From contig JAZRAG010000058.1 in NCBI GenBank assembly GCA_045634445.1, positions 2,499 to 66,498 on the forward strand: 64,000 nt of DNA, in the 5' to 3' direction. The notes beneath the pieces were generated by a model that ran no database searches, had not been told where the DNA came from, and worked only from the letters and a program-made list of their open reading frames with translations. The stretch is from Candidatus Spyradenecus sp. (lineage in GTDB: Bacteria; Verrucomicrobiota; Kiritimatiellia; RFP12; DVOR01). A program made the translations under genes and the position numbers. Positions within the stretch are counted from its first letter, which is position 1. The number at the start of each line of letters is the position of its first letter. This document shows positions 17,405 to 26,705 of the stretch, piece by piece.

Positions 17405-19792
17405 ATGACCTTTTCGCATCCACTTTACCTCTTCCTTTTCCTATTGTTACCGTTCATTCCGTTTTTGGCAATGATGTGGTGGAAGACATTTGCTGTGCGT
17501 GTGGCACGGTTGTCCCGTCATGCAGAAAGCGTACCGAAGGGCGCGCGAATGCAAATCGTTTGTCTCACGCTTGGTTTCGCCTTTTTAATCTTGGCACTTT
17601 CTGGTCCTGCGTGGGGAAAAAGCGAAGAAGTTGTGGTACAACGTAGTCGCAATGTGATGTTGGCGGTTGATGTGTCTCGCTCAATGCTTGCTGAAGACGT
17701 ACGCCCCAATCGTCTTGGTCGCGCTAAAGCCGACCTAATCGACCTTGTTGATGCGCTGAATGGTGACCGTGCTGGGCTCTTGGCTTTCCGTGGTAAAGGC
17801 GTGCTTCTCTGCCCAATGACGACCGATATCGCCTTTTTACGTCAGAACATTGATGCATTGGCGCCGGATTCTGCGCCGCCTGGCGAAACGGATTTGGCAG
17901 ATGCTATTGCAAAGTGTTTGGAGGCTTTTGAACTCGCGCAAAGTGCTCATAATGCCATTGTTCTTGTGAGTGATGGTGAAGACTTGGCGGGTAGGGCAAA
18001 GGAGTTGGCAAAGGTTGCTGGTGAACGCAATATTCCGATTTTTACAGTGGGGATTGGCTCTGCCAAAGGTGCTGAAATTCCCGATGGCAATTCAGTGGTG
18101 AAATATGAAGGTGAAGCGGTAAAAAGTCGCCTAACAGAGTCTACGCTTCGCGAGATTGCAGAAGCGAGTCAGGGGCGTTATATTCCTCTTGCCACCGCAG
18201 GTACTGCACAGACCACGCTGGGTGCTGTTTATGCGCGTTATCTTACGAAATTAGCGAATGAAGAAGTGCGCGAAAATGCGACATTGATGAAGGTCGATCG
18301 TACTAGGCTTGTTGCAACTTTGGCCGTGATAGCGTTTCTAATCGCGGGTTTAATCTCCTTAGGGAGAGTGCGTTGTGGACGCTTTATTATCATCGCAGGT
18401 GGGCTTCTGTTGGCAGGTCTTTCTTCCGCAGAACCTGCGCGTGAAGCGCAGCGTCTCTACGATGCCGAACAGTTTGAAGCCGCTGCTGCAGCTTATGGGA
18501 CGGCTCGTATTGGGGCAGAACCTTCAGAAGTCGCCCATTACGCTTACAATGAAGCGCTTGCGCTTTGGAAGTCGGGAGACATTACAAACGCACTTGATCG
18601 CGTACAAATGGCTGTTGAAGATCGTGACTTCACCGCGCGCGCCGCAACGTTAGAAGGTTCACTTCAGATGTCTTTGGCAACGCAATCTACAGACGTTGCA
18701 CAACGTTTAGAACATCGCACCGCAGCAATCGCGGCCTTTTCGCGTGCGTTGCGCGCCGAAACTACGGATGAAGCAAAACGTAATCTTTCACGCGCTTTGG
18801 AGGGTTATGAAGCCCTTAAAGCTGAAGCGCGCAAGGCTGCAGCGTTGGAAAAGTATAAGGGGCGTCCTCTTCAGCAAATCTTGCCCGAACTGTTAACGTC
18901 TCAACGCGCCTTAATGAAGGCCGTTCCAGAGGTCTATTCCTTGCGAGATCCCGCGGTCTTATTGGCTCAAGCAGAGCAACTTGTTACCGATGTGAACGAA
19001 CAGTATGACCTTTGGTATCCTGTGCTTGAACAACTTCCTCAAGCCGTTACCAATGAAGCCGCTTGTTTGGAATTAATGACCGCCGCACAAAAGGCTCAAG
19101 CACTCCTGGATGGCGCTGCAAAACGTTATGAAGCCCTTGATCAAAGTGTCGTCCCCTTGATGGAAGGTGAACCCATTACTTACGACTTCTGGAAACTCGT
19201 TGCAGATCCTCCCGCACTCATTGCAGAGGCTATGGCTATACAAACCAACGCTTTGACTTCTTTGCAACCCTATCAACCTACACGAGAAGACCAACCCGAA
19301 GTCTTGAATCTCGTTCAGCAATTTCGTGTAATCTTCCCGCAATGGGCCGAAGAATATCTACGTCAACAGGCCGCTTCTACAAATGAAGTCACGTTCACGG
19401 AAGAAACGCGTGACCAAATCGCTCGTACAGCCGATGCCACGGTTCCATTGCTTGCACCTCCTGTTGAAATGGCGAAAAAGCAACAAGTGATGCAGAATTT
19501 GCAACGCATTCACGACCTTTTGCCCAAAAAGCAAAACCAAGATCAAAACCAACAACAAAATCAGCAACAGCAACAAGAGCAAGATAAAAAACAAGAGCAA
19601 GAAGAGCAAAATCAAGAACAGCAGCAATCTGAGCAAAAAGAAAATCAAAATCAACAACCTCAGGAAACTGAGTCCGCTAAAGATGATTTAGAAGCGATGT
19701 TGCAGAAAGCGGTTGATCGTGAACGCGAACACGAAGAAGAAAAACGTAAGCGCGCGATTCAACAAATTGCACCTTCTGCTCGCGACTGGTAA
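17405..19792 (+). CDS. BatA/BatB-like von Willebrand factor A + TPR protein with long coiled-coil region and Q/E/K-rich C-terminal tail
   Basis: N-terminus MTFSHPLYLFLFLLLPFIPFLAMMWW typical of BatA/B. MIDAS MLAVDVSRSM VWA domain. TPR-like YAYNEALALWKSGDITNALDRV. C-terminal low-complexity QNQDQNQQQNQQQQQEQDKKQEQEEQ. ATG 17405 is preferred over the overlapping track start 17336. Confidence 0.6.
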   Translation: MTFSHPLYLFLFLLLPFIPFLAMMWWKTFAVRVARLSRHAESVPKGARMQIVCLTLGFAFLILALSGPAWGKSEEVVVQRSRNVMLAVDVSRSMLAEDVRPNRLGRAKADLIDLVDALNGDRAGLLAFRGKGVLLCPMTTDIAFLRQNIDALAPDSAPPGETDLADAIAKCLEAFELAQSAHNAIVLVSDGEDLAGRAKELAKVAGERNIPIFTVGIGSAKGAEIPDGNSVVKYEGEAVKSRLTESTLREIAEASQGRYIPLATAGTAQTTLGAVYARYLTKLANEEVRENATLMKVDRTRLVATLAVIAFLIAGLISLGRVRCGRFIIIAGGLLLAGLSSAEPAREAQRLYDAEQFEAAAAAYGTARIGAEPSEVAHYAYNEALALWKSGDITNALDRVQMAVEDRDFTARAATLEGSLQMSLATQSTDVAQRLEHRTAAIAAFSRALRAETTDEAKRNLSRALEGYEALKAEARKAAALEKYKGRPLQQILPELLTSQRALMKAVPEVYSLRDPAVLLAQAEQLVTDVNEQYDLWYPVLEQLPQAVTNEAACLELMTAAQKAQALLDGAAKRYEALDQSVVPLMEGEPITYDFWKLVADPPALIAEAMAIQTNALTSLQPYQPTREDQPEVLNLVQQFRVIFPQWAEEYLRQQAASTNEVTFTEETRDQIARTADATVPLLAPPVEMAKKQQVMQNLQRIHDLLPKKQNQDQNQQQNQQQQQEQDKKQEQEEQNQEQQQSEQKENQNQQPQETESAKDDLEAMLQKAVDREREHEEEKRKRAIQQIAPSARDW

Positions 19793-19799
19793 TGACGTG

Positions 19800-19935
19800 C
19801 GCATCTCAAGGTTTTACCTCAAAAATCAAAACAACCCTTTTTCAACTTCAAAATAACCCTTTTTGATTTTGAAAACAACCTCTTTTAAAGCGCAAAACAA
19901 CCCTTTTTCAAAAAGGGTTGTAAAAGGTTGTTGAT
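19800..19935. repeat. Cluster of AAAACAACC/GGTTGTTTT-family palindromic repeat units (REP/MITE-like) in convergent intergenic region
   Basis: atcaaaacaaccctttttcaa and gcgcaaaacaaccctttttcaaaaagggttgtaaaaggttgttg. Perfect 12-bp palindrome ACAACCCTTTTT c AAAAAGGGTTGT at ~19898-19922. Confidence 0.6.
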
Positions 19936-20041
19936 TTAATACGCCTAATCTCTTAAATGGTTACTAAGATAAGTCTTTTAAATACAAGTGCTTATTTTAG
20001 AGATTGATGTTTTAAAAGCGCCAAAATGAGGTTGGTCTCGG

Positions 20042-20599
20042 TTAGTAGATTTTGCCTGCATTTTGAAGGTAGAGCGTGAAGGGGATTTGAGCCTCTTCTT
20101 GGAGGAGGGGACCTTTAACACAGATGTTGCGTTTTTTGAAGGCGGCGACCCAATTTTCACCCTTATCACCTTCGTCAAAACCAGCCTTTTCGGCATCTAT
20201 TTGGGTAGCGGCATAGAGCATTTCTTCAACGCCGCTCCAAGGGGTGGCTCCACAACACATAGCACACGGTTCACAACTCGTGGCGATGAGACATCCTTTG
20301 AGATTATAGGTTTGCAAACGATGTTGAGCGCGCGCATAAGCCGTCATTTCAGCGTGAGCCCAAGATTGATTCGCGGGCACTACGCGGTTGATGCCAATCG
20401 CAATGAGGGCGTGGGTTGTACGATCAAAGATTGCAGCACCAAAAGGACCACCAGTATTGTGTTTAACGTTTTCAGTGGCTAAACGAATGGCAAAACGAAG
20501 TTTGTCTTCATCCGTAGGAAAAGAGGTGTCCAATGCGGCGCGTTCAAGCACTTCAGCCCATTCAGGCATGTCAATTGATGGCGTTAAATGCGTTGTCAT
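20042..20599 (-). CDS. Guanine deaminase-like CDA-fold zinc deaminase (GuaD type)
   Basis: GGPFGAAIF, HAEMTAYARA, SCEPCAMCCGA and LYAATQIDAEKAGFDE align closely with Bacillus-type guanine deaminase. AAGGAGG RBS 5 nt upstream of ATG. Confidence 0.7.
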   Translation of the reverse strand: MTTHLTPSIDMPEWAEVLERAALDTSFPTDEDKLRFAIRLATENVKHNTGGPFGAAIFDRTTHALIAIGINRVVPANQSWAHAEMTAYARAQHRLQTYNLKGCLIATSCEPCAMCCGATPWSGVEEMLYAATQIDAEKAGFDEGDKGENWVAAFKKRNICVKGPLLQEEAQIPFTLYLQNAGKIY

Positions 20600-20834
20600 A
20601 ATGACCTCCTTTGGATGGGATGCCGCTCGTTTTACTACAAGAAAAGCATACTCGTTTTAGCGTAAGGAGTCAATGGTTTTTATCAAAGTCAGACTTAGTG
20701 TTATTTTTTGCTTTAAAATCACGTTTTTACTGTGATGAGAAGAAGATTTTTGCTTGATATGGACGATACTTTGTGCGATAATGCATGGCAAAAGAAGCCC
20801 TCAAATAGGAGGGTGTAAATGAAAGGTGTTTTAA

Positions 20835-21353
20835 ATGAAAAAATGCTTCTTTTTGATGTTGCTTCCCGTCTTTTTGCTCTGCCAAGGATGTGCGATGAAG
20901 ATGGCATGCAATTTGCCTGTGGCGCGTCCTCCGGAGAAACTTGTGGCAGGAATTGCGCAGAGTCGCGTTGATCGTATTTATGGCGCACCGATTGCAGCTG
21001 GTATGGGTAATGATCAGCAGACTTATATTGAACAAGTGAAGTTCATTGATGGTGTGCCGATGGGATGGAAGTTCGCTCGTATTTTTATCCACGTAGGTTT
21101 GGACTTGAATACGTTCTTCATTTGGGAACTTCCTGGTACGATTATCGAATCGCGATATGCTATCTATCCTGAACACACGTACTTCTTGGTTTATGATAAG
21201 GAAAATCTTTTGGTGCGTGCGATTCCTGAAACTTCGCTGGAAGGCGCAGACATTGCGAAGCTTTCGTGGGTGAAGCATTCCTTCAATCTTAAGGAATGTA
21301 ATGGCGTGAATCGCGAAGTGACGCCATTGCGTTTGGCCCCGGAACAGCGCTAA
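20835..21353 (+). CDS. Hypothetical lipoprotein
   Basis: MKKCFFLMLLPVFLLCQGC lipobox signal. No recognisable catalytic motifs. Confidence 0.5.
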   Translation: MKKCFFLMLLPVFLLCQGCAMKMACNLPVARPPEKLVAGIAQSRVDRIYGAPIAAGMGNDQQTYIEQVKFIDGVPMGWKFARIFIHVGLDLNTFFIWELPGTIIESRYAIYPEHTYFLVYDKENLLVRAIPETSLEGADIAKLSWVKHSFNLKECNGVNREVTPLRLAPEQR

Positions 21354-21522
21354 AGGACGGTTTTCGGACGCATGAGGAAGATGTTTATGTGTCCGAAGTA
21401 ACTATAACAGTATCAGATTTTAACGACGGTGCAGCGTGTGCCGTCGTTAAAATTTGGTAATATTGATTCACTTATCTGTTAAATTAGCACTCTTCAGAGT
21501 GATTTCCGAAGTAGGAGGAGTT

Positions 21523-22086
21523 ATGGCACCGTTTAATTACTTGATTCGTCGTCGTGTTTTCGTATTGTTTGGTGCGAAATTTGACATCTATGATGCGGCA
21601 GGACGATTGATTGGTTTTTCTAAGCAGAAAGCCTTTAAATTGAGGGAAGATATTCGTGTCTTTCAAAACGTAGATGCCGTTTCGCCCTTCTTGCAGATTC
21701 ATGCGCGCGCTATCATCGATTTTAGTGCTGCGTATGATGTCTTAAACGAGGCAGGGGAGCGTATTGGTACTTGGAAGCGCAAAGGATGGCGCTCACTTGT
21801 GCGTGATACGTGGATTGTGGAGGATGGTAATGGCAATGAAGTCGCAATGCTTCAAGAGGATAGTATGCTCATGGCGCTTGTGCGTCGTTTCTTGACAAAT
21901 TTGATTCCGCAGAAGTTCAATTTGATTGCGCCGAATGGTCAGGTTTACGCACGTTATGAACAGTGTTTTAATCCGTTTATCTTTAAGCTACGTACCACGA
22001 TTTACACGGATTCACCGATTCCTCCTATGTTGGTTTTAGGTGGGGCGATTTTGCTCTCTGCGATTGAAGGGCGTCAGCAGAGTTGA
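21523..22086 (+). CDS. LURP-one-related / scramblase-like (tubby C-terminal-like fold) family protein
   Basis: FVLFGAKFDIYDAAGRLIGFSKQK ... pattern typical of LOR/DUF567. AGGAGG RBS before ATG 21523. Track ORF start 21454 is rejected. Confidence 0.45.
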   Translation: MAPFNYLIRRRVFVLFGAKFDIYDAAGRLIGFSKQKAFKLREDIRVFQNVDAVSPFLQIHARAIIDFSAAYDVLNEAGERIGTWKRKGWRSLVRDTWIVEDGNGNEVAMLQEDSMLMALVRRFLTNLIPQKFNLIAPNGQVYARYEQCFNPFIFKLRTTIYTDSPIPPMLVLGGAILLSAIEGRQQS

Positions 22087-22096
22087 TGAGTGAAAA

Positions 22097-22200
22097 TGTG
22101 CCACATTTGGGAATTATGCACATTTCATTTATCAGAGATGTTTACCCTATGTGGCACATGATTTTGCCAAGGCGTTCCTTTTTGTGGCACGATTTGTGCC
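22097..22200. promoter_or_regulatory. Three copies of ATGTGGCACA motif (two forward, one reverse); the copy at 22183-22199 fits sigma-54 -24/-12 spacing (TGGCACG-N4-gTGC)
   Basis: 22097-22106 tGTGCCACAt (reverse copy), 22151-22160 aTGTGGCACAt, 22183-22192 tTGTGGCACga then atttgTGCc. About 100 nt upstream of gspF. An NtrC-family activator is encoded at 28972-30306. Confidence 0.45.
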
Positions 22201-22282
22201 ATCTTACCTAAAAGAAAGTGTTTTTTTTTACTCTTTTTTCTATTATTTTCTTTATTTAATGGTAGGAAAGAGTGCTCTTTTT

Positions 22283-22291
22283 TGGTAAGAT
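22283..22291 (+). promoter_or_regulatory. Extended -10 element TGgTAAGAT ending 9 nt before gspF ATG (candidate leaderless or very short-leader transcript)
   Basis: ttTGgTAAGATattgacgttATG. No SD sequence. Confidence 0.4.
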
Positions 22292-22300
22292 ATTGACGTT

Positions 22301-23539
22301 ATGGCAAATTTTGAATATCTTGCGTTGGATAGCAGGCGTACTCAGAAGTCGGGCTCACTTGAGGCGGCTGATCGTCGTAGTGCGTTGGCAGCATTACGTG
22401 GGATGGGGTTAACGCCTCTTTCGGTGAAGGAGGTCGCTGGAGCCGCTAAGCAGAAAGCAACAGGCTCGAGTTTCTTCTCGTTTTCAAGTGGTCCTGCGAA
22501 GAAGATGAAACCTGCAGAGGTTTTGTTGTTTACTTCTGAATTGGCAGATTTGATTGAAGCAGGTATGACGTTGGGGGCGGCTTTAAATACGCTCGCAAAC
22601 CAAGGTGACCCCAATTCCGGTATGTGTGTGGTGGCTTCCGATTTGAAGGATCGCATTGTGCGCGGTGAAGCCTTTTCTGATGCGGTGGATGCACATCCTA
22701 AGACATTTCCTCCGATTTACGGCAATATGGTGCGTGCAGGTGAAGCCTCGGGTGCAATGGTAGAAGTGTTGCATCGTTTGACGGAGCACTATGAACGTAC
22801 GCAGTCGATGAAGAGCAAGATTATTTCGGCTTTAACGTATCCGTGCATTGTGCTCGGTATTGGTGTTTTGGCTGTGATTTTCTGTATGGTGAAGATTGTG
22901 CCTCAGTTCACCGAACTCTTCACAAGCATGGGGCAAGAATTGCCGCTTCCCACGAAAATCTTAATGAACATGAGCGATGGCATGATTCGCTATGGCGTCT
23001 TTTATGCATTAGGGTTGATTGTGGCGATTGTGCTTTTCCGCAAGTGGACACAAGGCGCTGGCCGCATGAAGTGGGACGCATTTAAGTTGAAGATGCCGCT
23101 TGTGAAAGGCTTGATTGCCGCGGGCGCTTATGCATCCTTGGCCTACACAATGCAGACCCTGCTTTCAAATGGCGTGAATGTGTTAAGTGCATTACGCATT
23201 TCAGAGGAAACAAGCGGAAATGCGGTTATTGGCGCAGAACTCAAGAAGGCGCGCGAACGTGTAACGGACGGTACTACGATTTCTGGTCCTTTGGCGCAGA
23301 GCGGTGTCTTCCCACGCATGATGACGGATATGATGGCTTTGGGTGAGCAGACTGGTAATCTACCAACGGCTTTAGGGCACATCGGTAAGCGTTATGAAGC
23401 GGAACTGAATCGCAACATCAAGGTGTTTACCACGATGTTGGAGCCTATTTTGATCCTTTTTGTAGCTGTAGTGGTTGGTTTTGTGGCAATTGCTATTTTG
23501 TCGGCAGTATTCTCTGCAACCTCGGCTATGGGACATTAA
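22301..23539 (+). CDS. gspF: Type II secretion / type IV pilus platform protein GspF/PilC family
   Basis: Two GspF-type cytoplasmic repeats (LADLIEAGMTLGAALNTL, ALGEQTGNLPTALGH) and three TM segments, 412 aa. Confidence 0.8.
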   Translation: MANFEYLALDSRRTQKSGSLEAADRRSALAALRGMGLTPLSVKEVAGAAKQKATGSSFFSFSSGPAKKMKPAEVLLFTSELADLIEAGMTLGAALNTLANQGDPNSGMCVVASDLKDRIVRGEAFSDAVDAHPKTFPPIYGNMVRAGEASGAMVEVLHRLTEHYERTQSMKSKIISALTYPCIVLGIGVLAVIFCMVKIVPQFTELFTSMGQELPLPTKILMNMSDGMIRYGVFYALGLIVAIVLFRKWTQGAGRMKWDAFKLKMPLVKGLIAAGAYASLAYTMQTLLSNGVNVLSALRISEETSGNAVIGAELKKARERVTDGTTISGPLAQSGVFPRMMTDMMALGEQTGNLPTALGHIGKRYEAELNRNIKVFTTMLEPILILFVAVVVGFVAIAILSAVFSATSAMGH

Positions 23540-23562
23540 TTTTAGAACAGCAGATAAGGAAA

Positions 23563-23952
23563 ATGACTATGAAACAAAATCGTAAGAATCGTCGTGCAGG
23601 CTTTACGCTTGTGGAACTCTTGCTCGTGATTACCATTCTCGGTATTTTAGGTACCGTGGTGGTGGTGAACTTCTCTGGCGCTGGCGATGATGCACGTAAG
23701 GCAACGACGTTGACGTCGATCAATGCAATTAGCCAGGCTTGCGACATCTATCGCATGAAGACAGGTCGTTTGCCTCGCAATATTGAAGATTTGACCAATG
23801 GCATTAATGATGAAGAACCGCTTTTGAAGGCTGGTGCACTCAATGATGCTTGGGGTATTCCTTTTGAATACAAGGCAGAAGGTAAGAAGTACTCCATCCG
23901 TTCGGCTGGTCCTGACGGTGCAATGAACACTGAAGACGACTTGACGAACTAA
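23563..23952 (+). CDS. gspG: Type II secretion pseudopilin GspG-like (prepilin-type N-terminal methylation/cleavage domain)
   Basis: RRAGFTLVELLLVITILGILGTVVV prepilin leader and hydrophobic helix. GspG-like C-terminal globular region. Confidence 0.8.
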   Translation: MTMKQNRKNRRAGFTLVELLLVITILGILGTVVVVNFSGAGDDARKATTLTSINAISQACDIYRMKTGRLPRNIEDLTNGINDEEPLLKAGALNDAWGIPFEYKAEGKKYSIRSAGPDGAMNTEDDLTN

Positions 23953-23979
23953 TCATAGCTTTGTTTCGGAGTGACCGAG

Positions 23980-25635
23980 ATGATTACGTTTAAATTGGCG
24001 AATGATCAGACGCTTCAAGTAGAGAAGGGGACGTCGCTTTCTGCGGTGTTGCCTGCGGAGGTGGATGGTTTGCCTGTTTTGGCAGCCCTTTTAAACAACG
24101 ATGTCGTGCCATTAGATTCGCCAGCGTTATTGGATGCTACCTTGCTCCCGTTAACGTTGGCCGATGAAAATGGTTGGCAGGTCTATCGTCGTACGCTTTG
24201 TTTCCTTTTGGCAAAGGTGCTCCATGAGCACTTCCCAAAAGTGCATTGCACGATTCGTCAAAGTTTCGGTCACAACGCGCTCTTTTGGTCGTGGGATTGT
24301 CCAACGGAAGAGCGTGAAAATAAGACGGCTACGCTTCGAGCACTTTTAGCTGAACTGATTGAGCAAGATTTGCCGATTTGCCATCAAGTGGCAGGCTACG
24401 AACAGATTGTTTCGCTCTTTAAAGAGCGTGGCCAAACAGACAAGGTCAATCTCTTAGCGCATCGTAATCCGCCTTACTTGTCATTAGTCAGGTGTGGGGA
24501 TTTCTACGACTTACCACAAGGCGCCTTAGCAACACATACAGGTGTGATACAGCTCTTTGATTTGGTGCCGTTACGCGATGGCTTTGTCTTGGAATTCCCT
24601 GGTTATCACACACCGCGTGAATTAGATCCAATGCCACCGTATGACTTCCTCTTTGATATTTATGCAGAACATCTGCGTTGGGGGGAAATCATTGGTATTA
24701 AGACGGCGGGAGAATTGAATGCCGCCATCGCAGATGGATCTGTTGTGGATGTGATTAATACCGTAGAAGCCTTGCACGAGAAGCGTTTTGCAACGATTGC
24801 AGATCGAATTGCAACACAAGTCCCGCGTCCGCACATTGTCTTAATCGCGGGCCCAAGTTCTGCAGGGAAGACAACCTCTGCGATGCGTCTTTGCACCCAT
24901 TTGCGTGTGATTGGTTTGAAGCCAACGCTGATTTCTACGGACAACTATTTCGTAGGAGATGCGCGTAATCCTCGCGATGAGCACGGTAATTTAGATTACG
25001 AACACATTGATGCAGTCGATCGTAAACGTTTGAATGAAGACATCCTGAAGCTCCTCAAAGGTGAAGAGATTCCTTTGCGCAAGTTTGACTTCTTCAAGCA
25101 TGAAGGCTATGACTCGGACGAAACGTTGACATTAGATACACAGCTCGGCGTTTTAGTCATTGAGGGTATTCACTCCTTAAATCCAGATCTCACGCCAGAC
25201 ATCCCGCGCGAAGAGAAGTTCTTAATTTACGTCAATGCCTTGACACAGCTTGCAATTGATAACAATAATCGTATTTCAACGATTGATAATCGATTGTTAC
25301 GTCGTATGGTGCGAGATGGACAATTCCGCGGTCGAAGTCCGCGTGAAACCTTGCGCCTTTGGCCAAGTGTGCGTGTAGGTGAAGAGAAGTGGATTTTCCC
25401 CTTCCAACACTATGCAGATGTCGCATTTAACACAGCGTTAGACTACGAAATTCCCGTTTTGAAGACCTTGGCTGCACCGTTATTGAACCAGATTAAGCCA
25501 TCGCATCCTGAATTTGTCTTGGCGCGTCGTCTATCCTGTTTCTTACAAAATTTTGCCTCAATGCCGATGGCTGATGTGCCGACAAACTCGATTTTGCGCG
25601 AGTATTTAGGCGAAAGTCGTTTGCGTTACAACTGA
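23980..25635 (+). CDS. TGS-domain + uridine kinase/phosphoribulokinase-family nucleoside kinase
   Basis: N-terminal beta-grasp ITFKLANDQTLQVEKGTSLSAVLP (TGS-like). Walker A IAGPSSAGKTTSAMRL. Uridine-kinase-like blocks DNYF, VLVIEGIHSLNPD, LLRRMVRDGQFRGRS. ATG 23980 with GGAG RBS is preferred over the GTG at 23971. Confidence 0.6.
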   Translation: MITFKLANDQTLQVEKGTSLSAVLPAEVDGLPVLAALLNNDVVPLDSPALLDATLLPLTLADENGWQVYRRTLCFLLAKVLHEHFPKVHCTIRQSFGHNALFWSWDCPTEERENKTATLRALLAELIEQDLPICHQVAGYEQIVSLFKERGQTDKVNLLAHRNPPYLSLVRCGDFYDLPQGALATHTGVIQLFDLVPLRDGFVLEFPGYHTPRELDPMPPYDFLFDIYAEHLRWGEIIGIKTAGELNAAIADGSVVDVINTVEALHEKRFATIADRIATQVPRPHIVLIAGPSSAGKTTSAMRLCTHLRVIGLKPTLISTDNYFVGDARNPRDEHGNLDYEHIDAVDRKRLNEDILKLLKGEEIPLRKFDFFKHEGYDSDETLTLDTQLGVLVIEGIHSLNPDLTPDIPREEKFLIYVNALTQLAIDNNNRISTIDNRLLRRMVRDGQFRGRSPRETLRLWPSVRVGEEKWIFPFQHYADVAFNTALDYEIPVLKTLAAPLLNQIKPSHPEFVLARRLSCFLQNFASMPMADVPTNSILREYLGESRLRYN

Positions 25636-25660
25636 TGTTAAAGCCATAGAAGGAGCACGT

Positions 25661-26689
25661 ATGAGTCATCCTATTATTGGACGTTTAGTGGCAGGTGTTG
25701 AATCACAAGTACAGAAAGCGTATGAGGCTTTTGAAGTACAGCCTGTTACCGATGTTCGTTTAACGGACAACTTGGAACCTTTCGGAAGCCAAGAAACGAC
25801 ACTTGAAGGCACAGAAAGTGCTGAAGGGGTAGGCACGTTTGAACGTCGCCATAACTCTTTGTTGCAGATTGGCCCCTCAAAGGTGCCAGGATGGTGGATT
25901 CATCGTACAGACTTGAATGAACAGTTGGATGTAAAGGTGTCTGTGCGCAATGTGTGGACAAGCGCGCGTAACATCGTTTTGCGTGCTGGTTCTCCGCACA
26001 ACTATTTACGTATGGTAGAACACATCGTTGCCCTTCGTTTAGGTTTAGGTGTGGACAATGTGCGTCTTTCAATTGCAAGCGGTGATCCGCCCTTGTTTGA
26101 TCGTTCTAGCTTGGATTTGGTTGAAGCGATTCAAAAGGCAAAGATTGTGCCAACTGGACGCCCAGCACGTTATGTAACGGTAAAAGAGCCTGTAACGATT
26201 GGTGGTACACGTGGCGATTTCTTGACCATTTTGCCAGCTGAAAAGGGTGATAAGCGTTTGCACTTGGACGTGGCAATTGACTGGAATACCGTCATTGGAA
26301 AGCAGCGCATTCAGGTAGACTTGACGCCTGAAACCTTTATTTATGGTGCTGGTGCCCGCACAAATGCGACACAGACACAGTATATCTTCTCAAAGACGAT
26401 CGGCAAGCTCTTCGCAGACGTGCGTAACATGGGCTATACGAAGGATAACATTTTGATTCATGGCAAGAAGGGCTTCGTAACGAAACCTCGTCCTGCGTAT
26501 GATTTGGAAAATGGCAATAGCTGCGAACCCGTGTGGCATCGTACGATGCTTGATCTTGTGGCAGCAATTGCATTGGTAGACCGCGGTCGATTCATTGGTA
26601 CGGTGAAGTCTTATCGTGCAGGACACACACTGGATGTGCGTTTGATGACCTTGCTCTATATGTTGGATTTACTTGAAGTGGTAGAATAA
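25661..26689 (+). CDS. LpxC-like UDP-3-O-acyl-N-acetylglucosamine deacetylase family protein with ~60-aa N-terminal extension
   Basis: HRTDLNEQLDV, MVEHIVALRLGLGVDNVRLSIASGDPPLFDRSSLDLV, SYRAGHTLDVRL align with LpxC blocks (RTDLNPP; TVEHLNAALAGLGIDN...MDGSAAPFV; AYKSGHALNNKL). No lpxA/lpxD adjacent. Confidence 0.6.
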   Translation: MSHPIIGRLVAGVESQVQKAYEAFEVQPVTDVRLTDNLEPFGSQETTLEGTESAEGVGTFERRHNSLLQIGPSKVPGWWIHRTDLNEQLDVKVSVRNVWTSARNIVLRAGSPHNYLRMVEHIVALRLGLGVDNVRLSIASGDPPLFDRSSLDLVEAIQKAKIVPTGRPARYVTVKEPVTIGGTRGDFLTILPAEKGDKRLHLDVAIDWNTVIGKQRIQVDLTPETFIYGAGARTNATQTQYIFSKTIGKLFADVRNMGYTKDNILIHGKKGFVTKPRPAYDLENGNSCEPVWHRTMLDLVAAIALVDRGRFIGTVKSYRAGHTLDVRLMTLLYMLDLLEVVE

Positions 26690-26705
26690 GAAAGGACCTT
26701 TGATT

